Notes: generated from the sequence alone by a model not told the origin. A stretch of DNA of 34,005 nt from Candidatus Woesearchaeota archaeon (GCA_964607815.1 CAZSMI010000002.1:1-34005); one strand, 5' to 3'; counted from the stretch's first letter, positions 1 to 8,892 are shown. Made by a program: numbers and translations.

Positions 1-66
1 TCAAGTAACCCCTCTTTTTTAAATTTTTGATAAGTTATCTGACAGTCTTATACTCAAATTAGTGAA

Positions 67-1221
67 CTACTCTTCCCTTACGGAAGGAGCTTCTTGCTTC
101 TTTGACAAAACTTGCCCTGACAAGGGTAGAGGTTTCATCTCCACAAGCTCTTCGGGCAGTCCCTGCCCTGAAGCTAAATTTAATATATTTATTGCAGAAT
201 TGTAATCTCTGTCTATCTTTAGATGGCAATAAGGACACTTATGTATCCTATTCCATATTTTCTTTGGTACGAGTTTGTTACATCTGCTACATTTTTGTGT
301 TGTGTTTTTTGGGTTTACTTTTATAACTTGACACCCAGCGCTTTCAGCCTTGTAGTCAAGCATTAGCATGAACTTGCCCCAAGAGGCATCAACAATATTT
401 TTCCCACTATAACATCCTCTTATAATCCCTTTGATATTTAAGTCCTCTATGACGAGGATTTTACACTTTTTGATATAATCAGTAGAAACCTTATGCAGAA
501 AATCATCCCTTGAATTATTAACCTTCTCATGTATTTTTGCTATCTTCAATCTTGCCTTTATCCTATTCTTGCTTCCTTTCTCTTTTCTAAACAAATCTTG
601 CTGTGCTTTCTTCAATTTGAAAGCATACTTATCAAAGTTATGAGGATGCTCTACAAAGTTGCCTTCGCTATCTGCTATGAAATGTTCTATGCCCAAATCA
701 ATTCCTATCTTTTTAGTTCCGCATTCCATCTTTCTTACAGCATCAGTTTGGATTATAACAAACCATTTTCCAGAAGGCATTTTCTTTATTACTACCTGCT
801 TTATGTTGCCTTCTACTTGCCTATGCTTTACTATCTTTATCTCACCAATTTTGCTTAACTGTAGTTTTTCTCTAAGTTTGAAGCCAGATTGATTGAAAGT
901 CATAGTTTTGAACCACCCTTTCCCTTTGAACCTCAAAACTCCAACTTTCTTACCTTTCCTTTTCAAATGAGCCAAAGCACTTAAGTTAGAAAATAAGCGA
1001 TAACATTCATACTGTAAGACCTTACTGTAAACTTGCTTGAATTTTGGTTCACAGATTTTCAAGTCAGGAAGTATTGCCTGAATTTGTGCTTTGTCTGTAA
1101 CTATTTGCTTTCGCAATTCCCCAAGTAGAATATTATATGCTTGTCTGCACATTTCAAGAGAGAGCTCTAACTTTTCTTCTTGTTCTTTATTTGGATACAT
1201 TCTAAATCGATAACTTATCAT
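67..1221 (-). CDS. tnpB: TnpB (IS605 OrfB-type RNA-guided endonuclease)
   Basis: 384 aa. N-terminus MISYRFRMYPNKEQEEKL is typical of OrfB. RuvC-like motifs IGIDLGIEHF (D), LVIEDLNIKG (E) and KIDRDYNSAINI (D) are present, as is the zinc finger CSRCNK...HKCPYCH. All look intact. Confidence 0.9.
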   Translation of the reverse strand: MISYRFRMYPNKEQEEKLELSLEMCRQAYNILLGELRKQIVTDKAQIQAILPDLKICEPKFKQVYSKVLQYECYRLFSNLSALAHLKRKGKKVGVLRFKGKGWFKTMTFNQSGFKLREKLQLSKIGEIKIVKHRQVEGNIKQVVIKKMPSGKWFVIIQTDAVRKMECGTKKIGIDLGIEHFIADSEGNFVEHPHNFDKYAFKLKKAQQDLFRKEKGSKNRIKARLKIAKIHEKVNNSRDDFLHKVSTDYIKKCKILVIEDLNIKGIIRGCYSGKNIVDASWGKFMLMLDYKAESAGCQVIKVNPKNTTQKCSRCNKLVPKKIWNRIHKCPYCHLKIDRDYNSAINILNLASGQGLPEELVEMKPLPLSGQVLSKKQEAPSVREE

Positions 1222-1634
1222 TTTCCTTGACTTTCCACATATTTTTTTAGTTCATCAAGAGTTACTTGACCTGTTGTTGCCAAAAAATAAGACCTTGACC
1301 AAAACATATCTTTCCAAAGCTTCTTTTTTATCTCTGGAAATTTTCTTCTTACTTCCCTAGAAGTTATTGTTTTTATAGCATTTAGATATTTTGGAATATC
1401 TAAGGTTGGTTTAGCTTTGAATAGCATGTGAAAATGGTCTTTATCACATTCCATATTTATGACTCCCACATCAAAAGTTTGGCTTATCTCATTTATTTTC
1501 ATTCTTAACAAATCCATAATTTTTTCATCACCCAAGACTTTCTTCCTATATTTTATACACTGAACGAGATGATATTGTAATGCATATACTGAATGACTTC
1601 CTTTATCTAGCCTGTATTTCATAGTTATTATCAA
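1218..1634 (-). CDS. tnpA: IS200-type Y1 (HUH) transposase TnpA
   Basis: 138 aa. HUH motif in DHFHMLFKAKP and catalytic Tyr region WSRSYFLATTGQVTLDELKKYVESQ. Overlaps the tnpB start by 4 nt. Confidence 0.9.
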   Translation of the reverse strand: MIITMKYRLDKGSHSVYALQYHLVQCIKYRKKVLGDEKIMDLLRMKINEISQTFDVGVINMECDKDHFHMLFKAKPTLDIPKYLNAIKTITSREVRRKFPEIKKKLWKDMFWSRSYFLATTGQVTLDELKKYVESQGK

Positions 1635-1661
1635 AACATCATAACTATATCAACCTTTTGG

Positions 1662-1706
1662 TCAGCCTTTCATCCCCCATCTTGCGAAAAGGGACTTCTC
1701 GGCTGA
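1662..1706. repeat. Imperfect palindrome / hairpin in the IS left end
   Basis: Outer arms tcagcc (1662-1667) and ggctga (1701-1706), with inner ccttt/aaagg and tccc/ggga pairings. The position upstream of tnpA fits the subterminal hairpins recognised by TnpA in this family. Confidence 0.5.
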
Positions 1707-1744
1707 TAAGTTAAATTGTATTCTAGATATAGTAAGTCAGCAAG

Positions 1745-1754
1745 TTTTAAAAAG
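1745..1754 (+). promoter_or_regulatory. TATA-like box for ftsY
   Basis: ttttaaaaag lies 21-30 nt upstream of the ATG at 1775. Confidence 0.4.
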
Positions 1755-1774
1755 TTAATGTTTCTCGCATTAAT

Positions 1775-2788
1775 ATGTTCAGATTTTTGAGAAAAAAGCT
1801 AAGGACCTTTTTTAAAAAAAGTTCTGCTAAAATAGCAGAAGCTGGAAAAAAAGAAAAACCAGAAGAAAAAAAGCCAGAAAAGCTGGAAAAGCCAAAAAAA
1901 GTCGGGGAAGCTAAAAAAGGTATCATAAGGAAAATAAAAGAAAAAATAACAACAATAAAACTGGACAAGAAAAATTTTAATTCTTTCTGGACTCAGCTCG
2001 AGTTTTTGTTTATAGAGAACAATGTCGCCCTTAGTGTAACAGACAAGATAAGAGAAAAGTTAGAGGAAGAACTCGTAAATAAAGAAATGAAAAAAAATGA
2101 AATTGAGAAAGAAATAAAAAATGCTCTCAGAAAAGCACTTTCAACCTTGCTTCTAAAACCTTTCTCTTTGATAGAAAAAATCAAGAAAAGTTCTGGGCCT
2201 TATGTCATAGTTTTTTTTGGTATAAATGGGAGTGGAAAGACAACAACAATAGCAAAAATTTGCAGACTTTTACAAAAAAATAATCTTGGCTGTGTAATGG
2301 CAGCTTCTGATACTTTCAGGGCAGCCAGCATCGAGCAGCTAGGAAAACATGCTTCTAAACTCGGGGTGAAAGTGATAAAACATGGATATGGTGCTGATCC
2401 TGCAGCTGTGGCTTATGATGCTGTCGCATACGCAAAAAGTCATGGTATAGATGTTGTGCTTATAGACACGGCAGGAAGAATGCATACGCAAGAAAATCTG
2501 ATGCGAGAAATGGAAAAAATTTGTAGGGTGAATAGGCCTAATTTGAAAATTTTTGTTGGTGAGGCGACAACAGGAAATGATGCTGTCATACAAGCAGAGG
2601 CCTTCAACAAAGCTGTGGGTATAGACGTTATAATTCTTGCAAAACAGGATGTTGATGAAAGGGGAGGAACAGCGATAAGTATAAGTTATACGACTGGAAA
2701 GCCAATTTTGTTTTTGGGAATTGGACAAAAGCTAACAGACCTGGAGAAATTTGATAAAGAAAAGTTATTAAGACAACTTGGTTTATGA
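1775..2788 (+). CDS. ftsY: Signal recognition particle receptor FtsY
   Basis: 337 aa. K/E-rich N-terminus followed by an SRP GTPase NG domain: GINGSGKTTTIAK (G1), DTAGR (G3), AKQDVDERGG (G4 region). Confidence 0.9.
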   Translation: MFRFLRKKLRTFFKKSSAKIAEAGKKEKPEEKKPEKLEKPKKVGEAKKGIIRKIKEKITTIKLDKKNFNSFWTQLEFLFIENNVALSVTDKIREKLEEELVNKEMKKNEIEKEIKNALRKALSTLLLKPFSLIEKIKKSSGPYVIVFFGINGSGKTTTIAKICRLLQKNNLGCVMAASDTFRAASIEQLGKHASKLGVKVIKHGYGADPAAVAYDAVAYAKSHGIDVVLIDTAGRMHTQENLMREMEKICRVNRPNLKIFVGEATTGNDAVIQAEAFNKAVGIDVIILAKQDVDERGGTAISISYTTGKPILFLGIGQKLTDLEKFDKEKLLRQLGL

Positions 2789-2822
2789 TTAGTTTTATAA
2801 ATCCTTTTTTCTTTCTTGTAGT

Positions 2823-4193
2823 ATGTTAGAAAAACTAGGAAATGCACTAAAAAGTATTACGCATAGAATAGCGAAAGCTGTTTTTCTTGATAAACGCGAA
2901 GTAGAAGAAATAACCGCAGAGCTAAAAAGAGCTTTGCTTGAAGCAGATGTTGATATAGCTCTTGTAAATGAGTTATGTGAAAAAATAAAAACAGAGGCAA
3001 AAAAGAAAATAAGAGGAATAGAAAAAAAAGAGCACCTTGTTAAGCTGCTGCATGACGAGATTATAGAGCTTATAGGAAAGGAAAAACACGAGCTGAAAAT
3101 AAAAAAGCCATGCAAGATAATGTTTCTCGGCCTCTTTGGGTGTGGAAAAACGACAACTTTAGCAAAGCTTGCTCTCTACTATAGCAAAAGAGGCTACAAA
3201 ACTTGTATGCTTGGTTTAGATGTTCATAGGCCGGCTGCTCCAGAACAACTTGAGCAACTAGGAAAAAAAGCAAAAATACCTGTATTTATAAACAAAAAAG
3301 AAAAAAATCCTCTAGCAATATATAAACAATTTAGTAAAGAAATAAGCAAATATGACCTTTGTCTAATAGATACTGCAGGAAGAAGTGCCCTTGACAAAAA
3401 ACTAAAAGAGGAAATAAAAAGCCTTGAAAGAACAATAAAGCCAGAACAAGTAATACTTGTTGTGCCTGCAGATCTTGGAAAGGCAGCAAAAAAACAAGCT
3501 GCAGAATTCCAAAAAACATGTGCTATTAAGGGTGTTATAGTAACTAGAATGGATGGTACAGCAAAAGCTGGAGGAGCATTAACAGCATGTTCTGAAACAA
3601 AAGCAAAAATTCTTTTTCTTGGCACAGGAGAAAAGTTGCATGATATCGAAACATTCTCGCCAGTAAGTTTTGTTGGCAGAATGCTTGGCATGGGAGATTT
3701 ACAAGCATTGATAGAAAAAATAAAACTTGCAGAAATACCAAAAAAGAGAGTAAAAGAAATAGAAGAAGGAAAATTTACTCTTCTTGATTTTTATGAGCAA
3801 ATAAAAAGCATGCAGAAAATGGGTCCTCTTGGAAAAATAGCAGAACTTATTCCTGGCCTAGGAAAAATAAAATTGCCTGAAGGAATGCTAGAAGGACAAG
3901 AAGAAAAGATAAAGAGATGGGAATATTGTATAAGTAGCATGACAGCAGGAGAGATAAACAATCCAGAAATAATAACTGGAAGCAGAGTAGAGAGGATTGC
4001 AAAAGGCTCGAATGTTTCAGCAGCAGACGTTAGAGAAATGCTTAAGCAGTACAAGTTAATAAAAGGTTTTGTTGCAAGTGGCAAGCAATTTGATATGTCA
4101 AGCCTAGAAAGTTTGCAAAAAGGAAAGCTGCCTGCTGGCCTAAGCCAAAAACAGCTAAGAAAACTTGCAAAAAAATACAAAAAGGTTTTCTGA
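2823..4193 (+). CDS. srp54: Signal recognition particle protein SRP54
   Basis: 456 aa. GLFGCGKTTTLAKLA, DTAGR and TRMDGTAKAGGAL, then a Met-rich M-domain (MQKMGPLGKIAELIPGLG). Confidence 0.9.
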   Translation: MLEKLGNALKSITHRIAKAVFLDKREVEEITAELKRALLEADVDIALVNELCEKIKTEAKKKIRGIEKKEHLVKLLHDEIIELIGKEKHELKIKKPCKIMFLGLFGCGKTTTLAKLALYYSKRGYKTCMLGLDVHRPAAPEQLEQLGKKAKIPVFINKKEKNPLAIYKQFSKEISKYDLCLIDTAGRSALDKKLKEEIKSLERTIKPEQVILVVPADLGKAAKKQAAEFQKTCAIKGVIVTRMDGTAKAGGALTACSETKAKILFLGTGEKLHDIETFSPVSFVGRMLGMGDLQALIEKIKLAEIPKKRVKEIEEGKFTLLDFYEQIKSMQKMGPLGKIAELIPGLGKIKLPEGMLEGQEEKIKRWEYCISSMTAGEINNPEIITGSRVERIAKGSNVSAADVREMLKQYKLIKGFVASGKQFDMSSLESLQKGKLPAGLSQKQLRKLAKKYKKVF

Positions 4194-4245
4194 GTTGGCG
4201 AGCAAAAACAAAGATTTAATAATTATTCAAATCTTTTATTCTAAT

Positions 4246-5247
4246 ATGAAAGAACTTATCAAGAAGGTAAAAAGTAAAAAAGATCTGTCTAGAGACGAAG
4301 CTTATAATGCTATGTTAAGTATTCTTGAAGAGGCTAATGATAATGATATTTATGATTTCTTAATTGCGATGAATGAGAAAGAAATAGCAGTTGATGAATT
4401 AGTTGGTTTTATAAATGGAATGAAAGAAAGAGCTATATTTATTAAACCAAATGTTGGAACATTAGTTGATACATGCGGAACAGGTGGCGATTGTAAAGGA
4501 ACTATTAATATTAGTACAGGAGCAGCAATAATAACCTCTTCTGTAGGGGTACCAGTCGCAAAACATGGTAACTATTCTGTATCATCAAAAAGTGGGAGTG
4601 CAAATGTTTTGGAAGCATTGGGATATAATATAAATATGACTCCTAAAGATTGTCAAGAGATGATAGAAAAAACAGATTTTGGTTTCCTTTTCGCTCCTAG
4701 ATTCTATCCTACTATGAAAAAAGTAGCTACCATAAGAAAAAGAATTGGAAAGAAGACTATATTTAATCTGCTAGGTCCACTTTGTAACCCAGCAAATGCG
4801 CAAGCACAATTAATTGGTGTTTATGAAAAAAATCTTTGTGAAAAGTTTTGCTATGTACTCAGAGAAGTGGGTTCAGAACATGCGTTAGTAGTTTATGGTT
4901 CAGGTTTAGATGAAATATCAAATATGGGCGAAACAGTTGTTTATGAATTAAATAACAAGAAAGTAAAAAATTATAAAATTAGACCTGAGGATTTTGGATT
5001 TAAAAGATATCAATTAAAAAATATTTTGGGCTCCTCCCCCAAAGAAAATGCAAAATATTTGAAAGACATTTTAAATGGCCAAGGGGGAGCGAAAAGAGAT
5101 ATTATCATATTAAATGCTGGGGCCAGCATTTATTTAGGTAATGGTGCTAATTCTTTAGATAATGGTATTGAGAGAGCTAAAGATGCATTAAATTCTGGGG
5201 CCTCTTCAAAAAAGTTATTAGAAATTATCAAATATTCTAAGAGATAA
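4246..5247 (+). CDS. trpD: Anthranilate phosphoribosyltransferase-family protein (TrpD-like, glycosyltransferase family 3)
   Basis: DTCGTGGDCKGTINISTGAAIITSSVGVPVAKHGNYSVSSKSGSANVLEALG matches the TrpD signature (GTGGD ... KHGN ... S.SGSA). The start is placed at ATG 4246; the ORF-track start at 4165 overlaps the srp54 3' end. Confidence 0.75.
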   Translation: MKELIKKVKSKKDLSRDEAYNAMLSILEEANDNDIYDFLIAMNEKEIAVDELVGFINGMKERAIFIKPNVGTLVDTCGTGGDCKGTINISTGAAIITSSVGVPVAKHGNYSVSSKSGSANVLEALGYNINMTPKDCQEMIEKTDFGFLFAPRFYPTMKKVATIRKRIGKKTIFNLLGPLCNPANAQAQLIGVYEKNLCEKFCYVLREVGSEHALVVYGSGLDEISNMGETVVYELNNKKVKNYKIRPEDFGFKRYQLKNILGSSPKENAKYLKDILNGQGGAKRDIIILNAGASIYLGNGANSLDNGIERAKDALNSGASSKKLLEIIKYSKR

Positions 5248-5331
5248 AGCAATTTTTATTTTGGTGTTTTGGCGAGGACTCGATTTCACTTTACTATTTC
5301 TATTATAGCAAAATATTAAAAACTAGTATAA

Positions 5332-5985
5332 ATGTCTTATGTTATGATGTCAAAGATTGTAGCACAAGGTGCAGAAGCCTTGCTAAGAAAACAGGGCAAG
5401 AATTTGATAAAAGATAGAATAAAAAAATCTTATAGATTACCAATTATAGATGAAAAACTGAGGAAAAGAAGAACAAAAGCAGAAGCAAAGCTGCTTGACA
5501 AAGTTGGCAATATAATAAATGTGCCTCTTGTCGAAAAAGTAACAAAATATGAAATTGTTATGCAATTTATTGATGGTAAACTCTTGAGTGAAAATCTAGA
5601 TAGCTTTCCTCTTACAAAGGCATTAGAGATATACAAAGAAGTTGGTAAAGAAATTGCCTTGTTGCATTCTCATGACATAATACACGCTGACTTGACAACA
5701 AGTAATATGATTTTGCATGCTGATAAAGTTTATTTTATTGATTTTGGTCTTTCTTATTTCTCGAGTAGAATCGAGGACAAGGCAGTTGACTTGCATTTAC
5801 TAAAACAAGCCTTAGAAGCAAAGCACTTCAAGCACGCAAAAAAATATTTTCAATCAGTTCTGCAAGCATACAAAAAATATGAAAAAAGTAAGGAGGTTCT
5901 TGTCAGACTAGAAAAGGTTGAAAAAAGAGGAAGATATAAAAGAAAAGGCAAGAGAAAAAAAGATAAGGGAAAGGGAGAAAAATGA
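5332..5985 (+). CDS. bud32: KEOPS kinase/ATPase Bud32 (Kae1-associated kinase)
   Basis: 217 aa RIO-like small kinase: GAEA glycine loop, HSHDIIHADLTTSNMIL catalytic loop, YFIDFGLS, and a basic C-terminal tail VEKRGRYKRKGK. Confidence 0.8.
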   Translation: MSYVMMSKIVAQGAEALLRKQGKNLIKDRIKKSYRLPIIDEKLRKRRTKAEAKLLDKVGNIINVPLVEKVTKYEIVMQFIDGKLLSENLDSFPLTKALEIYKEVGKEIALLHSHDIIHADLTTSNMILHADKVYFIDFGLSYFSSRIEDKAVDLHLLKQALEAKHFKHAKKYFQSVLQAYKKYEKSKEVLVRLEKVEKRGRYKRKGKRKKDKGKGEK

Positions 5986-6563
5986 ATCTGGAGACAGAAG
6001 TCTTGTTTTATAGAATAAAAAAGAATTATAGAAAAACTAAGAAAAAGTATGATAAATTAAAAGAATCTTTTGCGCAGAAATGGGACGAGGTTGATGGCTT
6101 GTATAGAGTTTATCATCACTCATGGAAAATGTATAATGAGCTACAGTCAGCAATCAGTAGCTATCTTCAAGTCTTTCTTGAGCTTATCAGAGAAAAGAAA
6201 GGCAAAAAAGAAACTCTAAAATGGGAGATTAAAAAGCTAGGCCTTGACCCTTTTTTTTCACTTACAATACAAGAAGCTCTTGAGCTAGATTTTTCTAGAA
6301 ATGAAGAAAAGATATGGCATAAGGATCAGAAGACACTAACATCTGCTCTATATCATGCAAAAACAGCTATAAACTCTATAATGAGTGTGGCTGAAAAATA
6401 TGTTAAGAGGGGGGAATTGCCTGGAGAAGAAGGCTTATTGGATATAGACGAGTCTGTTTTTGTTGAGATGCTAGATCTTAGAGATTACAGATGGACCCCT
6501 ATAAAAGATACCAAGAAAAGGATTAAAGAGTATGAAACAAAACAAAAAAGAAGGAAAAAATAA
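5982..6563 (+). CDS. Hypothetical protein, translationally coupled to bud32
   Basis: 193-aa ORF whose ATG overlaps the bud32 stop (ATGA at 5982-5985). No motif recognised. Confidence 0.5.
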   Translation: MNLETEVLFYRIKKNYRKTKKKYDKLKESFAQKWDEVDGLYRVYHHSWKMYNELQSAISSYLQVFLELIREKKGKKETLKWEIKKLGLDPFFSLTIQEALELDFSRNEEKIWHKDQKTLTSALYHAKTAINSIMSVAEKYVKRGELPGEEGLLDIDESVFVEMLDLRDYRWTPIKDTKKRIKEYETKQKRRKK

Positions 6564-6570
6564 AGAAATC

Positions 6571-6580
6571 TTTTTAAATT
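6571..6580 (+). promoter_or_regulatory. TATA-like box for tRNA-Gln
   Basis: tttttaaatt lies 22-31 nt upstream of tRNA position 1 (6602). Confidence 0.4.
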
Positions 6581-6601
6581 AACTTGTTCTTAACAAGATA
6601 T

Positions 6602-6674
6602 AGCCCTGTAGTGTAGCGGTCAAGCATGAAGCCCCTTGGAGGCTTCGACCCAGGTTCGAATCCTGGCAGGGCTA
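6602..6674 (+). tRNA. tRNA-Gln (anticodon UUG), no intron, CCA not encoded
   Basis: Hand fold: acceptor AGCCCTG/CAGGGCT (A1-U72, as in archaeal tRNA-Gln), D arm GTGT-AGCGGTCAA-GCAT, anticodon arm AAGCC-CCTTGGA-GGCTT (TTG at 6636-6638), T arm CCAGG-TTCGAAT-CCTGG, discriminator A. Confidence 0.85.
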
Positions 6675-6687
6675 TTTTTCAGCAAGG

Positions 6688-6695
6688 TTTTTAAA
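6688..6695 (+). promoter_or_regulatory. TATA-like box for rps15
   Basis: ttttaaat lies 22-29 nt upstream of ATG 6717. This supports 6717 rather than 6699 as the start of a leaderless transcript. Confidence 0.4.
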
Positions 6696-6716
6696 TGAAT
6701 GCAACTCAAAAATAAG

Positions 6717-7142
6717 ATGGTAAGAAAAAAAACAGAAAAGGAAGTAAAAAAGCAAAAGAAGGAAGAGAAAGAAGAAAGAGAGAAACCTGTATGGCTAAAA
6801 AGAAGCAAAGAAGAAATTGAAGAGATAATAAAAAAACTTGCAAAACAAGGCATGGAACCAGCAAAAATTGGTCTTGTCTTACGTGACAGCTATGGAATTC
6901 CTTCTGTAAGACTTGTAACAGAAAAAATATCAAAAGTTTTGAAAACTGACAAAGAAAAACAATTGCCCTATGACTTAAAAAACCTTATAGAGAAAGCTCT
7001 TGCTATCAAAAAACATATTACAAAAAGCAGGCAAGATAAAGTTGCAAAAAGAGGCTTACAACTTGCAGAATCAAAAATAAACAAACTGGCAAGATATTAC
7101 AAAAAGAAAGGTCTTCTACCTCCAAAATGGAAGTATAGGTAG
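6717..7142 (+). CDS. rps15: 30S ribosomal protein uS15 (S15P/S13e)
   Basis: PVWLKRSKEEIEEIIKKLAKQGMEPAKIGLVLRDSYGIPSV and DKVAKRGLQLAESKINKLARYYKKKGLLPPKWKY match archaeal S15P/S13e. The ORF-track start at 6699 is also possible. Confidence 0.85.
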   Translation: MVRKKTEKEVKKQKKEEKEEREKPVWLKRSKEEIEEIIKKLAKQGMEPAKIGLVLRDSYGIPSVRLVTEKISKVLKTDKEKQLPYDLKNLIEKALAIKKHITKSRQDKVAKRGLQLAESKINKLARYYKKKGLLPPKWKYR

Positions 7143-7269
7143 GATAGTTAGTTTAATAGTTATTTATTTTAATAGTTATTGTTCTAACATAACAATACAA
7201 AATATGTTGTGAAGTAGAGAAAAATTTAATAATAAGTTTGTTCTTTTTATCTCACTTGTTTTACAAAAA

Positions 7270-8661
7270 ATGCTCAACGTAATAAAAAAATATGGTGATG
7301 AATTCAAAAATATTTTGCAGAAAACAGATTTTGTTAATATAATCGTACATTTCGATACTGATGGTATTACAAGTGCTGCTATTCTCACAAAAGCTTTGCA
7401 AAAAGAAGACAAAAAGTTTAGGGTAAGGATAGTAAAGCAACTTAGTAATGAGGTTATAAAAGAAATTGAGAATGAAAAAATTGTTCTGTTTCTTGATCTT
7501 GGCTCGAGTTTTTTGAAAGAACTCGAAAAAGTTAAGGGAGATGTCTTTGTCTTGGATCATCACGAGCTTGCAGGAGATATAAAAGATATGAAAAATATGG
7601 GAGATGGGGCAAACTTACCAAGCAAGATAAGGCTTGTTAATCCCCATCTTTTTGATGAGGAAGATATAAGTGGTGCCGGACTTGCTTATTTGTTTGTTAG
7701 ATCTTTGCAAGGACCATCAGCAGAACTTGCAGATCTTGCAATTGTTGGCATGGTAGGGGATATGCTAGAGCAGAATCTGAGCAAATTGAACAACTTAATA
7801 CTCAGAGATACAGATAATATCACAATAAAAAAAAGCTTGTTGATTTTTTCTGCTACAAGACCCTTACAAAAAGCACTTGAGTTTAGTTCAGATTTTTTTA
7901 TTCCTAGTGTTACTGGTTCTTCATATGGTGTCTCACAGCTTTTGAGAGAAGCAAACATAAAGTCAATAGAGGGTAAGGGATATAGGACTTTGCTTGACCT
8001 AAACGAAGAAGAGGTCTCAAGACTTATTACAGCAATTCTTTTGAGAAGTGGAGATAAAAAAGGTATTATTGGCAATATCTACCTGCTAAAATTTTTCGAC
8101 CATTTAGAAGATGTTAGAGAATTAAGCACTCTGATAAATGCTTGCTCGAGACTTGGCCATCCTGATATTTCTCTAGCTTTGTGTCTTGGCAGCAGCAAGG
8201 CAAAAACAAAAGCAGAAAGAATTTATAATACTTACAAGCACTCTCTTATCGGGGCCCTGAAATGGGTAAGTAATACAAAAAAAATTGAGGGAAAGAGATT
8301 TGTTATAATAAATGCCAAAGACAAAATAAGAGATACTATTATAGGTACGATAATGAGTATTCTTGCAAAATCTTTTTTGTATGCTGAAGGAACAATTATA
8401 ATTGGCATGGCATATGCTAATGACAATTCCTATAACAATAAAAATAATGAAAAAATAAAAGTCAGTGCAAGAGTTGTAGGAAAGAGTGATGTAAATTTAA
8501 AATTACTTCTCGAAAAAGCATGTAAAAATATGGGAGAAACAGAGTATGGAGGTCATGCAAAAGCAGCTGGCTGCTCTTTACCAAAAAGCAAGGAGCAAGA
8601 GTTTATAGAAAATTTGAGAAAAGAACTTGAGACAGAAAGCATAAAAATAAAGATAAGATAA
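7270..8661 (+). CDS. recJ: DHH/DHHA1 phosphoesterase, archaeal RecJ/GAN (Cdc45-like) family
   Basis: 463 aa. DHH motifs IIVHFDTDGITSAAIL and VLDHHE, GAGLAYL, and the DHHA1 motif GGHAKAAGCSL near the C-terminus. Confidence 0.75.
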   Translation: MLNVIKKYGDEFKNILQKTDFVNIIVHFDTDGITSAAILTKALQKEDKKFRVRIVKQLSNEVIKEIENEKIVLFLDLGSSFLKELEKVKGDVFVLDHHELAGDIKDMKNMGDGANLPSKIRLVNPHLFDEEDISGAGLAYLFVRSLQGPSAELADLAIVGMVGDMLEQNLSKLNNLILRDTDNITIKKSLLIFSATRPLQKALEFSSDFFIPSVTGSSYGVSQLLREANIKSIEGKGYRTLLDLNEEEVSRLITAILLRSGDKKGIIGNIYLLKFFDHLEDVRELSTLINACSRLGHPDISLALCLGSSKAKTKAERIYNTYKHSLIGALKWVSNTKKIEGKRFVIINAKDKIRDTIIGTIMSILAKSFLYAEGTIIIGMAYANDNSYNNKNNEKIKVSARVVGKSDVNLKLLLEKACKNMGETEYGGHAKAAGCSLPKSKEQEFIENLRKELETESIKIKIR

Positions 8662-8718
8662 TTCTAAAGAGCAAGTGAAAGTAAATAAATTTAAATATCC
8701 TCTTTCTTATGCTAGAAA

Positions 8719-8892
8719 ATGGAAAAGAAAGGAAAGTTTGTAAGGGTAAGATGCCCAGAATGCAAGAATGAGCAAATAATTTTTGGTAAGGCGAGTACAA
8801 AAATAAAATGCCTTATCTGTGGTAGGGTACTTGCAGAGCCAACTGGCGGCAAGGTGAAGATTAAAGCATTAGTACTTGAGGTCTTGAAATAA
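8719..8892 (+). CDS. rps27e: 30S ribosomal protein S27e (eS27)
   Basis: 57-aa ORF absent from the ORF track: [57 protein letters not shown]. It has the C4 zinc ribbon (CPEC...CLIC) and the S27e pattern, and sits directly upstream of aIF2-alpha as in many archaea. Confidence 0.8.
   Translation: MEKKGKFVRVRCPECKNEQIIFGKASTKIKCLICGRVLAEPTGGKVKIKALVLEVLK

Larger units (their letters stand above)
1..1745 (-). mobile_element. IS200/IS605-family insertion sequence (tnpA + tnpB); left end near 1635-1745, right end at or beyond the window start
   Basis: Y1 HUH transposase and TnpB genes overlap by 4 nt (1218-1221). A structured subterminal palindrome lies upstream of tnpA. Only 66 nt remain downstream of the tnpB stop before the window edge. 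Confidence 0.75.

Noticed and set aside
4165-4245. N-terminal extension of the TrpD-like ORF (start at 4165)
   Set aside because: It overlaps the srp54 3' end by 29 nt and encodes non-conserved sequence. The TrpD homology begins after ATG 4246.
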